DNA of 64,000 nucleotides, taken from a virus. The notes under the pieces were generated by a model. That model had not been told where the DNA came from and made no database searches. It worked only from the letters and a program-made list of their open reading frames with translations. The translations under genes and the position numbers were made by a program. Each line of letters begins with the position of its first letter. The first letter of the stretch is position 1. Positions 1-8,294 of the stretch are shown here, in pieces. The stretch lies in the IMG/VR virus record IMGVR_UViG_3300037245_003639; one strand, 5' to 3'.

Positions 1-434
1 AACTGTTTCATACTCATCACTGGTTTAGCCCCAAGCCCAACTCGATATGCACGCCAGCCTGTCTTTACCATCTCCTGAAATATTGAACGGGCATCATCAA
101 TAGATTCAGGAAGAATCGTTTCCCAAACAATGCGTTTTGTACGATACGTTGGCTGATCAGATTGCGTGCCAGATTGAGATGTGGTTCCAAGGTGATAAAC
201 AATTCGCCTTAAGATAGCACACCGAGGGTCTTTAGGATTACGGAGTATCGCTGTTAAATCGAAGAACTCACAACTTTTCCATTTACCGTTTAGAAGCCCA
301 TGGATTCCAACAGTGCGATATGCCGGATGCATAACTCCCCAGGCAAGAGCCTCAAAATTTGGATGAGTGATATCCGAAGCAATCTTTTGCCAATGTTCAA
401 TCGACTTTGGAGTCATTTGCCTTTTAGTCAACAT
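1..434 (-). CDS. hypothetical protein (partial, runs off window start)
   Basis: Minus-strand ORF starting with ATG near 434 and continuing past position 1; not in ORF track because truncated. Confidence 0.3.
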   Translation of the reverse strand, partial: MLTKRQMTPKSIEHWQKIASDITHPNFEALAWGVMHPAYRTVGIHGLLNGKWKSCEFFDLTAILRNPKDPRCAILRRIVYHLGTTSQSGTQSDQPTYRTKRIVWETILPESIDDARSIFQEMVKTGWRAYRVGLGAKPVMSMKQ

Positions 435-443
435 AATTCCAGT

Positions 444-899
444 TTACTGAATCGACCCATGTTGGGGGTTGCTTAGCAGGAACGAAATCCTTAGATAAAT
501 TCCCGCCCAAACAGTGGGAGCAACCATCAAACCTTTTTGAAATACCCAAGGACCAATATGGATAACAGGAACCCGATGGAGAATAAACGATGGATGCTTG
601 CCCTCTTTCCCATGGACATTGATGGCAAGAAAGAACGAGGCTATCTGATCACTGGAATGCGGCTGACTCGCCCCTTCGCTAAGATAGATGAGCTTCTCGG
701 CTCCAAAGCCCGTTTCCAGCAAAGCTCGTCCAGCAGTATCTTCCATGGCTTCATCTGCATTAGCCAAGGCAGATGGCAATTCCAATATGACATTACCGAC
801 TTTTTCTCGAACACGCTCAGCAATCAGGATTTGCATCTGTTCGTCTTTGCGTTTTACTTCATCTTTCACGACCGCTACGACAAGAGCCAGATGGGGCAT
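444..899 (-). CDS. hypothetical protein
   Basis: 151-aa ORF with protein-like charged composition; the antisense + ORFs look spurious. Confidence 0.4.
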   Translation of the reverse strand: MPHLALVVAVVKDEVKRKDEQMQILIAERVREKVGNVILELPSALANADEAMEDTAGRALLETGFGAEKLIYLSEGASQPHSSDQIASFFLAINVHGKEGKHPSFILHRVPVIHIGPWVFQKGLMVAPTVWAGIYLRISFLLSNPQHGSIQ

Positions 900-908
900 G
901 ACTTCTCC

Positions 909-1235
909 TTACAGTCCCAGTTTTTTCAACAGTTCAGGCTTAACCGAATCACGGCCACAATTGTCGATGCGACCCTGGATTATAGCCTTGTATTCAGCAC
1001 CGGCCTTTTGATGATACTCGATAGTCAAACCAGCGAGCAAATCATCCGACATCATCGAGAGATTGCCGAGATCTTGTTTCTTTTGGGATACCCTCATAAG
1101 AAGTGCTCTCATCTTTTCAACACTGACTTCGGAACTGAAAAGAGTTTCATCAGACCCGAGCAGAGTTTCAGCAACTCGAACCCCAAATTCAAATGCAAGA
1201 ACCCAGCTATCATGATCAGGCAGGCTGCTGGTCAT
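909..1235 (-). CDS. hypothetical protein
   Basis: 108-aa ORF in a co-directional minus-strand gene block. Confidence 0.35.
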   Translation of the reverse strand: MTSSLPDHDSWVLAFEFGVRVAETLLGSDETLFSSEVSVEKMRALLMRVSQKKQDLGNLSMMSDDLLAGLTIEYHQKAGAEYKAIIQGRIDNCGRDSVKPELLKKLGL

Positions 1236-1923
1236 CTCGTTCTTCCTTGTCTAGTTTGTTTAGGCCGCATATCAGATCATCCATAGTCAGACGCTCCTCA
1301 TCACCACTGAGTGCCTTGTCTACGTCAATGATGCGCATGGCTTTGAGATCGGCAGCCGTTTCATCCATTGATGCCAGCCAATCCTTGTGGGGATTGCCAC
1401 AATGACCATGAGCCGCATGAGCAATCATGTAGATCTGGTCGATGAGTTTCTTGGGATCATTATCGTCCTCTGCTAGATGAGATATCCCATCAATCAACAG
1501 CAGGGCCTTCTCCATCCTGCGTTCCTGGCTTTCATCTACTTTGGCCTGCCAGAACTCGGAAATCTTGTCTTTCACTTCATCAACAGTGGCTTCAAACTCC
1601 TCCATGCTGCTGTCAAAAGTTTGCTCGACAATCGCTTTGGCCTGCTCGTCTACGGCATTCTCGAAGGTAGTCCGCAAACGTTCCACCAGCTTGGAGAACT
1701 GAACAGTTCTGCCGTTGATGCTCAGGTCAACGGCGATCTTGAGGTCTGCATCGCCCGGTTTCCGCCCGCCTTCTGGAACGATCCATCCACGCTGATCCAG
1801 TCCAGAAGTCAACGCGAGGATCAGCCAGTACAACCAGTCACCTCTCTCGGCGGCGTCGTCATGCCTGAAGTTTTTCCCCAACTCGGTGATATTGATTGTT
1901 TCTGTTTTGGCGTCAGGTACCAT
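1216..1923 (-). CDS. hypothetical acidic protein
   Basis: 235-aa ORF immediately downstream of a tRNA. Confidence 0.5.
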   Translation of the reverse strand: MVPDAKTETINITELGKNFRHDDAAERGDWLYWLILALTSGLDQRGWIVPEGGRKPGDADLKIAVDLSINGRTVQFSKLVERLRTTFENAVDEQAKAIVEQTFDSSMEEFEATVDEVKDKISEFWQAKVDESQERRMEKALLLIDGISHLAEDDNDPKKLIDQIYMIAHAAHGHCGNPHKDWLASMDETAADLKAMRIIDVDKALSGDEERLTMDDLICGLNKLDKEERDDQQPA

Positions 1924-1939
1924 GATTGTTTCTCCCTAA

Positions 1940-2015
1940 TGGGTCCAGTAGGATTTGAACCTACGACCTTCAAGTTATGAGCTTGTTGCTCTGAGCCAGA
2001 CTGAGCTATGGACCC
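1940..2015 (-). tRNA. tRNA-Met(CAT)
   Basis: Reverse complement folds as a cloverleaf GGGTCCA...TGGACCC+A with GGTTCAAATCC T-loop and anticodon loop CTCATAA. Confidence 0.75.
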
Positions 2016-2269
2016 GTTTTCTTCTTTCGGTGCGGTGGAGCAGTCTTATTGTAAACAACTTCCAACCAACCCAACACTTTATCATTCACTAGCGGAACGG
2101 CAACTATCACCCAAAGTAACAGACAGGCGAGACCGCCACAAATCTGCAACACGGCGGTCGATTGCTCGGTGTCGAACAACCAACTGCTAGCGACCGGCGA
2201 CCATATTGGCGAGAGTACGTTCAAGACTCCAGTTATCAGAAGCAGAATTCCAAACCAACCGCCACGCAT
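2006..2269 (-). CDS. small membrane protein
   Basis: 87 aa with two hydrophobic helices; 3' end overlaps the tRNA by about 10 nt. Confidence 0.3.
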   Translation of the reverse strand: MRGGWFGILLLITGVLNVLSPIWSPVASSWLFDTEQSTAVLQICGGLACLLLWVIVAVPLVNDKVLGWLEVVYNKTAPPHRKKKTGP

Positions 2270-2272
2270 GCC

Positions 2273-2512
2273 TTATACCTCTATCTGAAATTCGCTTGGA
2301 TCATAGCATCCTATGGTTCCATCTTCATGTTGAACCTCATAGCAAAGGCCATGTGAATCGTGATGCATGATTACAGTGCCTTTTACTCCCCAGCGACGTT
2401 TGGGCAATGCATCTTCAGTCCAATCGTCAATCTCAGGATTAGCCTCAGTAGTGACAACTTTAGTTCCACGACTAATGGGTGGCCAACTCATTGTTCTTAT
2501 ACTCCTACCCAT
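2273..2512 (-). CDS. hypothetical protein
   Basis: 79-aa ORF. Confidence 0.3.
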   Translation of the reverse strand: MGRSIRTMSWPPISRGTKVVTTEANPEIDDWTEDALPKRRWGVKGTVIMHHDSHGLCYEVQHEDGTIGCYDPSEFQIEV

Positions 2513-2841
2513 TCGTGGTTAGCTAAGAACTCCCGTTCTGTTGGTGTAACTGAGCCCTTAGCAATCATTTTCTTAATTTGCTCAGCATTCTCATCCCACT
2601 GGGCTTTGCGATCCTTGACAATCTGTCGCGCGGCGGCCAGCAATTCTTGATAATGCTTTTTGTCCGCCTTTAACTCATCTCCACGAGCAAAAGCATCCGG
2701 CACCATGACTTCGTGCCTGCGGCAAAAAACGAAGAAATTGTGCATCTCACCGCTAGCAAACGACACCACAAGTTCAAGGTCTTTTTCGCGAGTCCAGATC
2801 ATACTGCTGTTCCTCCGCCAGTTTAGCTCCGTCTTGGCCAA
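2497..2841 (-). CDS. hypothetical protein
   Basis: 114-aa ORF. Confidence 0.4.
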   Translation of the reverse strand: MAKTELNWRRNSSMIWTREKDLELVVSFASGEMHNFFVFCRRHEVMVPDAFARGDELKADKKHYQELLAAARQIVKDRKAQWDENAEQIKKMIAKGSVTPTEREFLANHEWVGV

Positions 2842-3164
2842 CTCTTGGCAATCTCATCAACTGTTTCTTGTAGTTTGGACATGCAGTCATCGAGAACATC
2901 CGGATATTCACAAATGTCTACGCGGATGCCGTTGACCACATGAGTGCGAATCGTGTCCTCACGCATATCGCCACAAACGCAACATTCACCACGCATGTAG
3001 TCTCGTATCTTAGTCCCAGCCGTCCTGGGCTTTCGCTTGCTGTTGTCGCCATGTCGCTTCGTCTTGTTCTTGTCTTTTGTCATTCCATTCCTCTGCCAGT
3101 TTCTTAGTGATCCTTGCAACCGCAATAAAGTAACTCCGGCCACTGATGCCCTGCTTCGCCGCAA
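2823..3164 (-). CDS. hypothetical Cys-containing protein (start uncertain)
   Basis: 113-aa ORF overlapping 3010..3228; an internal start near 2996 would remove the overlap. Confidence 0.3.
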   Translation of the reverse strand: MRRSRASVAGVTLLRLQGSLRNWQRNGMTKDKNKTKRHGDNSKRKPRTAGTKIRDYMRGECCVCGDMREDTIRTHVVNGIRVDICEYPDVLDDCMSKLQETVDEIAKSWPRRS

Positions 3165-3228
3165 TGGCCCGAGCTTGTTTCCTGCATTTCTCTATCTCCG
3201 CTTGAGATAGATAGGGATACTTACTCAT
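3010..3228 (-). CDS. hypothetical protein
   Basis: 72-aa ORF in a different frame from its neighbour. Confidence 0.3.
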   Translation of the reverse strand: MSKYPYLSQAEIEKCRKQARAIAAKQGISGRSYFIAVARITKKLAEEWNDKRQEQDEATWRQQQAKAQDGWD

Positions 3229-3944
3229 CGATCACTCGCTGGCGGTTTCCTGAAACTCCACTCGTTGAAACCTTTAGATTCCGCCTTAAGTTTATCAGGA
3301 ATCACCGGCATTGGCTTCTGCGGAATAGCCAAATTCCCAACAAACATTGCGATCTCTTGGAACGCTGTATATGTGTCGAAAACCCTAAAAAAACCATACT
3401 TATTCAGCATGGAGTTCCATTCTATCACCCCAGTGTATCCACGGCCATGTTTATAAGCCACAAAAATGGGGCAGCGTTTTTCCATGAACATTTGTTCATA
3501 TTGAGTTTGCTGCTTAGCACATTCCCGAAAGAAATCCTCGTAATGCCGTCGAGTGCCACTACCCCACGGGAAGTGTAATCGACGCTGATATCGACCTTTC
3601 TCGTGGTAAGCCCTCAATTCTCGGGGTCGTAGATGTTGCTCCATAAAAGCATCGACTTCGGCCAAACTGAAACATTTGATGCTTAGTGTAGGTTTGGGGT
3701 CATGTTCAATCAACGGTGGGTACAATTCAATCAACGGGTAGATCTTACCGCAGAATCCGATAATATAAGCATCACCCTGATCGCCGTGACAGTTTGGAAA
3801 CGGCCATTCTTTTCGGTCGAGATGTTGTTCTTCTGGCTTGCGAACATAGACCACCGTGCGATCTTGGCCACACCCCATGATGCAGTCGTAATAGTCTTTC
3901 TGGTCCGCGATGATTCTCATGGTCCTGCCCTCATTTAACCTCAA
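3225..3944 (-). CDS. hypothetical protein
   Basis: 239-aa ORF. Confidence 0.5.
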   Translation of the reverse strand: MRLNEGRTMRIIADQKDYYDCIMGCGQDRTVVYVRKPEEQHLDRKEWPFPNCHGDQGDAYIIGFCGKIYPLIELYPPLIEHDPKPTLSIKCFSLAEVDAFMEQHLRPRELRAYHEKGRYQRRLHFPWGSGTRRHYEDFFRECAKQQTQYEQMFMEKRCPIFVAYKHGRGYTGVIEWNSMLNKYGFFRVFDTYTAFQEIAMFVGNLAIPQKPMPVIPDKLKAESKGFNEWSFRKPPASDR

Positions 3945-4266
3945 CCACCTTCGCGGTTTTTTCGCGGAGATTGAACTCGACCGTCAACAACTCTCCGTAT
4001 TCAATCCACTTCGACAAGTCCTCTTGCATGATCGTTGTCATCTCATTATCATCTATTTGGCTTCGCTCAAATCCCATATCTTCTACAGCGCGTCGAATGC
4101 AGTCAGGCGTCTTGAATGATACTCGAATGGTGTCAGGAATGTCAAGGTTAATCTCGTTGCCGTCGTCGTCCATGATAAGAACTTTCATTTTACTAACCAC
4201 CATAGTGCCAAACCAAGGTTTTCCAGACAAAGAACCCCAATTGCGATTATTGCCGCCTTCTTCCAT
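3931..4266 (-). CDS. hypothetical protein
   Basis: 111-aa ORF. Confidence 0.4.
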   Translation of the reverse strand: MEEGGNNRNWGSLSGKPWFGTMVVSKMKVLIMDDDGNEINLDIPDTIRVSFKTPDCIRRAVEDMGFERSQIDDNEMTTIMQEDLSKWIEYGELLTVEFNLREKTAKVVEVK

Positions 4267-4333
4267 CTTTCGCGGCAGTGAAAGAGTTCCCTATGTCTAC
4301 TATTGGGAACCAAAAGTTCTTCTTCATCGGGCA

Positions 4334-4576
4334 TCAAAAGACTCCCAGCCGTCCTGTTCGCATTTCGCCTGGTGTGAACTTCCTTATGCTGCATTCAAAG
4401 CAGCGTTGTTTTATTATCTCGCTCTCACCTCCCTGATAGCATTTGAAACATACCTTGCGACCACACCAAATGCATTTGAACAGACTGCCGTCTGGTGGAT
4501 ATCCGCATTTTTCGCATTTCTTTCGCCTCATCGTCATTCTCGGCTTATTTCGACACAGCAGAATATATGATTCCAC
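4334..4576 (-). CDS. zinc-ribbon protein
   Basis: 80 aa with several CxxC pairs. Confidence 0.4.
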   Translation of the reverse strand: MESYILLCRNKPRMTMRRKKCEKCGYPPDGSLFKCIWCGRKVCFKCYQGGESEIIKQRCFECSIRKFTPGEMRTGRLGVF

Positions 4577-4705
4577 CTATTGAGAGTGTTTTCTTCACGA
4601 GTATCATATCATCTTTGGCAAACATCTCGACCAGCCATACTTCAGCTTGCTCTCGCTGTTCATTGCTCACGCAATACATCGTGAATGTCAATATCTGCTT
4701 CTTCA

Positions 4706-4930
4706 TTAGTCAATGCAACTCCGAGCCAATTCGGCCCACCTTTGCCATTCAGACAAAGTAACTTGCTCTCTCTTTGGCTCGCTCTCTACATATGTCCCTT
4801 CGGGTTCGGGAAATATTCGCTCATAAAAGACGATGTGGCTGGTTACATCCAAAACTTTTCTTCGATCCAGATGCCATGTGCCACTCTCAGTGTTGTAACG
4901 TTCGTACACTTGACCGATTTCAGGTTTCAT
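4706..4930 (-). CDS. hypothetical protein
   Basis: Start trimmed to MKPEIGQ so the N-terminus does not run into the adjacent tRNA. Confidence 0.4.
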   Translation of the reverse strand: MKPEIGQVYERYNTESGTWHLDRRKVLDVTSHIVFYERIFPEPEGTYVESEPKREQVTLSEWQRWAELARSCID

Positions 4931-4932
4931 AA

Positions 4933-5006
4933 TGGGAGTGGTGGGATTCGAACCCACGAATCTTCGGCTTATGAGACCGCTGCCTTAACCACTTAGCTAC
5001 ACTCCC
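4933..5006 (-). tRNA. tRNA-Met(CAT)
   Basis: rc is GGGAGTGTAGCTAAGTGG...GGGTTCGAATCCCACCACTCCCA with anticodon loop CTCATAA. Confidence 0.7.
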
Positions 5007-5010
5007 AAAA

Positions 5011-5082
5011 TGGGCGAGGGAGGGATTCGAACCCTCACGAAGAGATTTTCAGCCTCTTGTGCTGCCATTACACCACCTGCCC
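5011..5082 (-). tRNA. tRNA-Phe(GAA)-like, irregular acceptor/T junction
   Basis: rc is GGGCAGGTGGTGTAATGGCAGCAC...CTGAAAA...GAGGGTTCGAATCCCTC; there is one extra nucleotide before the 3' acceptor strand. Confidence 0.5.
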
Positions 5083-5090
5083 TTTCAAAA

Positions 5091-5162
5091 TGGGACGACC
5101 GGGAGTTGAACCCGGAATGCACAGATTTTCAGTCTGCTGCCCTACCGTTAGGCCACCGTCCC
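5091..5162 (-). tRNA. tRNA-Phe(GAA)
   Basis: rc is GGGACGG...GCAGA CTGAAAA TCTGT...CCGGGTTCAACTCCCGGTCGTCCCA; clean cloverleaf. Confidence 0.7.
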
Positions 5163-5180
5163 CTTTTATTCAGTTTTCAA

Positions 5181-5254
5181 TGGGAGTAGAGGGAATCGAA
5201 CCCACGCGCTTTCGGGCAAGAACCGAATGCTCTACCTAGCTGAGCTATACTCTC
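5181..5254 (-). tRNA. tRNA-Lys(CTT), degenerate copy
   Basis: Anticodon stem TTCGG/CCGAA with loop TTCTTGC; one mismatch each in the acceptor and T stems. Confidence 0.5.
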
Positions 5255-5586
5255 GGAACAACCTTGCCTTCAGAACCTTCTCTAACCATGATGTTCTTGG
5301 GGGCTGCTTTAATTGGTTCTGGTGGCATGCCGTCCACCTGGGACTCGTCACTGTGAACCTGCAACCAGTCGTCGTTTTTGCCTTCCCGAAGTTCTGAACC
5401 AAATGATGACATTTCCTTCGGATCGCCTACTCTTAGGACCAAACAGTTCATCCCGTCCATTTTTGGAATCTCGACCACTGATACTCGGCCGATCTCGTGA
5501 AAATGTTCACCATCATGAATCACGACTGGCAAAATACCAAAAGATTCTGTTTTAGTCAAGCAATCTCGAAACTGTGTCGTATTCAT
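5245..5586 (-). CDS. hypothetical protein
   Basis: 113-aa ORF; 3' end abuts the tRNA. Confidence 0.4.
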   Translation of the reverse strand: MNTTQFRDCLTKTESFGILPVVIHDGEHFHEIGRVSVVEIPKMDGMNCLVLRVGDPKEMSSFGSELREGKNDDWLQVHSDESQVDGMPPEPIKAAPKNIMVREGSEGKVVPRV

Positions 5587-5627
5587 AGGAGTCGCCTTAT
5601 TCGTTTTTGCTGATTATTTTAGGCTAA

Positions 5628-5700
5628 TGAGGTCGCAGAGATTCGAACTCTGGTCCCGAGATTAAGAGTCTCGTGCATCTCCGACTATGCTTCGACCTCG
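5628..5700 (-). tRNA. tRNA-Lys(CTT)
   Basis: rc is GAGGTCGAAGCAT...CGAGA CTCTTAA TCTCG...CAGAGTTCGAATCTCTGCGACCTCA; all stems pair. Confidence 0.7.
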
Positions 5701-5730
5701 TTTGCTCTACCTAACTGAGCTACACTCCCA
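5701..5730 (-). pseudogene. tRNA 5' fragment (acceptor + D arm)
   Basis: rc GGGAGTGTAGCTCAGTTAGGTAGAGCA has no anticodon or T arm and resembles the 5' end of the tRNA-Met at 4933..5006. Confidence 0.45.
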
Positions 5731-5941
5731 AAACTTTTTCCAGACCAGCAACCATCTCTCTGTGGAATTCTAATCGATCTTCAACCTCTTTGCTGCTAAC
5801 CTCTGTTAGTTTAGTCTTGTTCTCCCATCCATGGGCAAGACCTCGCAAGTCCAGAAGAAAAGCACACCTGTCATTCTCTTCACTAATCGTGAAAAGGTCG
5901 ATTCCTTCTCCCAGGCAGCGAAATACCTTTAGTTTGCTCAT
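5720..5941 (-). CDS. hypothetical protein
   Basis: 73-aa ORF. Confidence 0.3.
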   Translation of the reverse strand: MSKLKVFRCLGEGIDLFTISEENDRCAFLLDLRGLAHGWENKTKLTEVSSKEVEDRLEFHREMVAGLEKVLGV

Positions 5942-6459
5942 GCAGGCATTCTTCCCAACAATTCAGCGAAGTTAGCCGAGGCACTCGATTCTGAATTAGC
6001 ATTCAAAGTCAAACGCCTTAGCGTGCTCTGTTTCACATTCGTCACCCTTAGACCGTTGCCGAGGAATAATTCAACCAGACGTTCTTTTTCTTCATAACGC
6101 CAATGCAACACAATGGCATAGTAACCATCGTCTGTCACCACTAAATCGCCGACTCGTATCATTTTTTTGGCATCGGCACTTATTCCGCGAGCCACGCTAA
6201 ACCATCTTTCTCTCATCTCTACCAACATCGCTATATTCAGCTCTACCGCGTTATCAGACACGACAGAATCTATACCGCAATGCGGACAAAGAGCCGTTGT
6301 TGGCTGCGGATCTTTTCTGCTCTTCCTGACGTATTGCTTTACATCCGTTGATGGAAAAATTCGTCCACAGTAAAAACATCCGCATTGTTCACTCTCGCCG
6401 ATCAGGGCCTTATTGTCTGACGAGATACTGTGAATCCGTTTTAGTTCTGTATCATTCAT
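5938..6459 (-). CDS. zinc-ribbon protein
   Basis: 173 aa with CGCFYCGR...CPHCG. Confidence 0.45.
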   Translation of the reverse strand: MNDTELKRIHSISSDNKALIGESEQCGCFYCGRIFPSTDVKQYVRKSRKDPQPTTALCPHCGIDSVVSDNAVELNIAMLVEMRERWFSVARGISADAKKMIRVGDLVVTDDGYYAIVLHWRYEEKERLVELFLGNGLRVTNVKQSTLRRLTLNANSESSASANFAELLGRMPA

Positions 6460-6467
6460 ATTTCACG

Positions 6468-6493
6468 TCAATCTGGGTGCGACAGGAATCGAA
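6468..6493 (-). repeat. tRNA 3' fragment, direct repeat of the 3' end of the tRNA at 6998..7068
   Basis: TGGGTGCGACAGGAATCGAACCCGCT versus TGGGTGCGACAAGAATCGAACTCGCT at 6998. Confidence 0.55.
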
Positions 6494-6983
6494 CCCGCTC
6501 TAATACCGAATCAACCGTCTGACTCAGTGAAGTATGGATCACAGAAGAACCAAATGGATGCTCAACGTAATCCTTTTTCCACAGAATATCCAGATAGTCG
6601 ATCCGGTAAGCATCGTCCGGTCTTCCGTATACTACCTTGCACCTTTCTCGGAGCCAGTAACCCAACTCAAAGTTGGTGGTCAATCCGATTAGCTCCCTGG
6701 TCCTCGGAACCCAAAACATAATACAGTCTGCAAGTTTGAGTCCAGCATATTCCCAAATCGGCAGATCAGTTCTGTCCTTATCGGATGCAGCACAGTCGGC
6801 GAACTCAGGCACGATTAAAGTACCTGCAAATCCTCGACTTCTGAATTTCTCGATTGCATCGAATCTCCAACTCGGCTGCAAATGCTGCTGGTTCCCACGA
6901 ACCGTTGGCCCTGCTAAAAAGACCACAGGGATATCGCTTCGTTCAAACTCTGACGACGGAGTTTCGTATCGAAAAACGTTCAT
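6468..6983 (-). CDS. nucleoside 2-deoxyribosyltransferase-like protein
   Basis: VVFLAGP...IVPEF motif pattern of the NDT/Rcl fold; the last 10 codons are encoded by a tRNA 3'-fragment-like sequence. Confidence 0.45.
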   Translation of the reverse strand: MNVFRYETPSSEFERSDIPVVFLAGPTVRGNQQHLQPSWRFDAIEKFRSRGFAGTLIVPEFADCAASDKDRTDLPIWEYAGLKLADCIMFWVPRTRELIGLTTNFELGYWLRERCKVVYGRPDDAYRIDYLDILWKKDYVEHPFGSSVIHTSLSQTVDSVLERVRFLSHPD

Positions 6984-6997
6984 ACGAAACTCATCAA

Positions 6998-7068
6998 TGG
7001 GTGCGACAAGAATCGAACTCGCTCAGAGAGATTAAAAGTCTCTTGTGCAGCCTTTACACCACGCACCC
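6998..7068 (-). tRNA. tRNA-Lys(TTT)
   Basis: rc is GGGTGCGTGGTGTAAAGGCTGCAC AGAGA CTTTTAA TCTCT...GAGTTCGATTCTTGTCGCACCCA. Confidence 0.65.
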
Positions 7069-7130
7069 TACATTCTGTAAGATGCGTCTGTTTATATCGT
7101 TGTCCAATCATTTCAACACCTCTTTCAAAA

Positions 7131-7203
7131 TAGGGACGGGGAGACTCGAACTCCCGACCAATCGGTTAAAAGCCGATTGCTCTACCAACTGAGCTACGTC
7201 CCT
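7131..7203 (-). tRNA. tRNA-Lys(TTT)
   Basis: rc is AGGGACGTAGCTCAGTTGGTAGAGC ATCGG CTTTTAA CCGAT...GGGAGTTCGAGTCTCCCCGTCCCTA. Confidence 0.7.
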
Positions 7204-7212
7204 AACGGTTCC

Positions 7213-7425
7213 TCAAAACTCATGAAACTCTTGTATTTCCGCTTCCATGGCCACATGGTCAAACTTCAACCATCTCGTTTTTCCCCATTGCACCCAAGCT
7301 AACCCGTCGCCAACTTCGGATTTCACCCAGATTTCGCAGCGTTTCTCTGTGAGATTTTCCAGCAAAGCCCGATGGCCGTTGCCCGCTCTGAATCGGTAAT
7401 CTTCAATTTCTCGTAGGAACATCAA
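7213..7425 (-). CDS. hypothetical protein
   Basis: 70-aa ORF. Confidence 0.3.
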   Translation of the reverse strand: MMFLREIEDYRFRAGNGHRALLENLTEKRCEIWVKSEVGDGLAWVQWGKTRWLKFDHVAMEAEIQEFHEF

Positions 7426-7616
7426 GTATAACTTCGATTCGCCGCATTATCTACGGCTGTCTTTACCGCTTGTTTCCATCCCTCCATAGAATACGGTTTA
7501 GGATGAACGAGCGTCGCCCAAATACGATCTACCAACTCGTCAGAAACAAATCGTCTAACAAGTTCCGCTTTGACCATCTCTCTGGTCCGGGCATCCATCA
7601 ATGCTTTCTTAGTCAT
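7422..7616 (-). CDS. hypothetical protein
   Basis: 64-aa ORF. Confidence 0.3.
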   Translation of the reverse strand: MTKKALMDARTREMVKAELVRRFVSDELVDRIWATLVHPKPYSMEGWKQAVKTAVDNAANRSYT

Positions 7617-7671
7617 ACTAACCTCAAATCATGGCTTATTTCTAACCTAAGCAGGGCTGCTTCCTATCTTT

Positions 7672-8019
7672 TCACTTCGGCTCTGCTCCATACATCCGAA
7701 AATATTTGAACTTCCGTGGCCACTCGTATCTCGGACAAAATGCTATCGCAACCTCTTCGTTGCCATAGTTCCCTTCACGTATGACAACATGATCTTCGAG
7801 TTTCTTGGCAGCCTCGAAATCCTTGTCGCTTACGGCGCAGACCACTTTGAAAAAAGGGCCTAAAATCCAGTCCAACATCCAATCCTTATGTTGGAACTTG
7901 CGAAAACAAGCAATCGATGCATGAGCCACGTTGACGATGGCCACCCCGAGCGGAATAGTTTCCCGCACCAGGATATACATCTTCAGTTTATCGTCTCTTA
8001 TCAACTTAGCCATATTCAC
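7672..8019 (-). CDS. pth2: peptidyl-tRNA hydrolase, PTH2 family
   Basis: KMYILVRETIPLGVAIVNVAHASIACF, KVVCAVSDKDFEAAKKL and EEVAIAFCP match the PTH2 core (compare human PTRH2 [26 protein letters not shown]). Confidence 0.6.
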   Translation of the reverse strand: MNMAKLIRDDKLKMYILVRETIPLGVAIVNVAHASIACFRKFQHKDWMLDWILGPFFKVVCAVSDKDFEAAKKLEDHVVIREGNYGNEEVAIAFCPRYEWPRKFKYFRMYGAEPK

Positions 8020-8294
8020 ACTCTACTCGATATGGCTCTCGCTGTCAACAAAAATAGCCCCCAAGCCAGATTGTGGCTTGAGGGCCTTCGCAGTTTCGAC
8101 TTATCTAAATACCGCGAGCGTTCCTCAAGCCAAGCTGTGCTTGGTAAAGCGTATAAAGCTTTGTTTCTTGAGACAACGCATCGATTCATTCCTCTTCCCG
8201 CCCATATAGAGCGGGCAACCTGCATTACTACAGGGGAGTTGTACCGCATTATACGTCGAATGTCAAGGAATTCCTCTGAAATTTCTGATAATCT

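Noticed and set aside
537-1286. 249-aa + ORF at the left end
   Set aside because: Overlaps three co-directional minus-strand ORFs with more protein-like composition; Ser/Phe-rich low-complexity translation.
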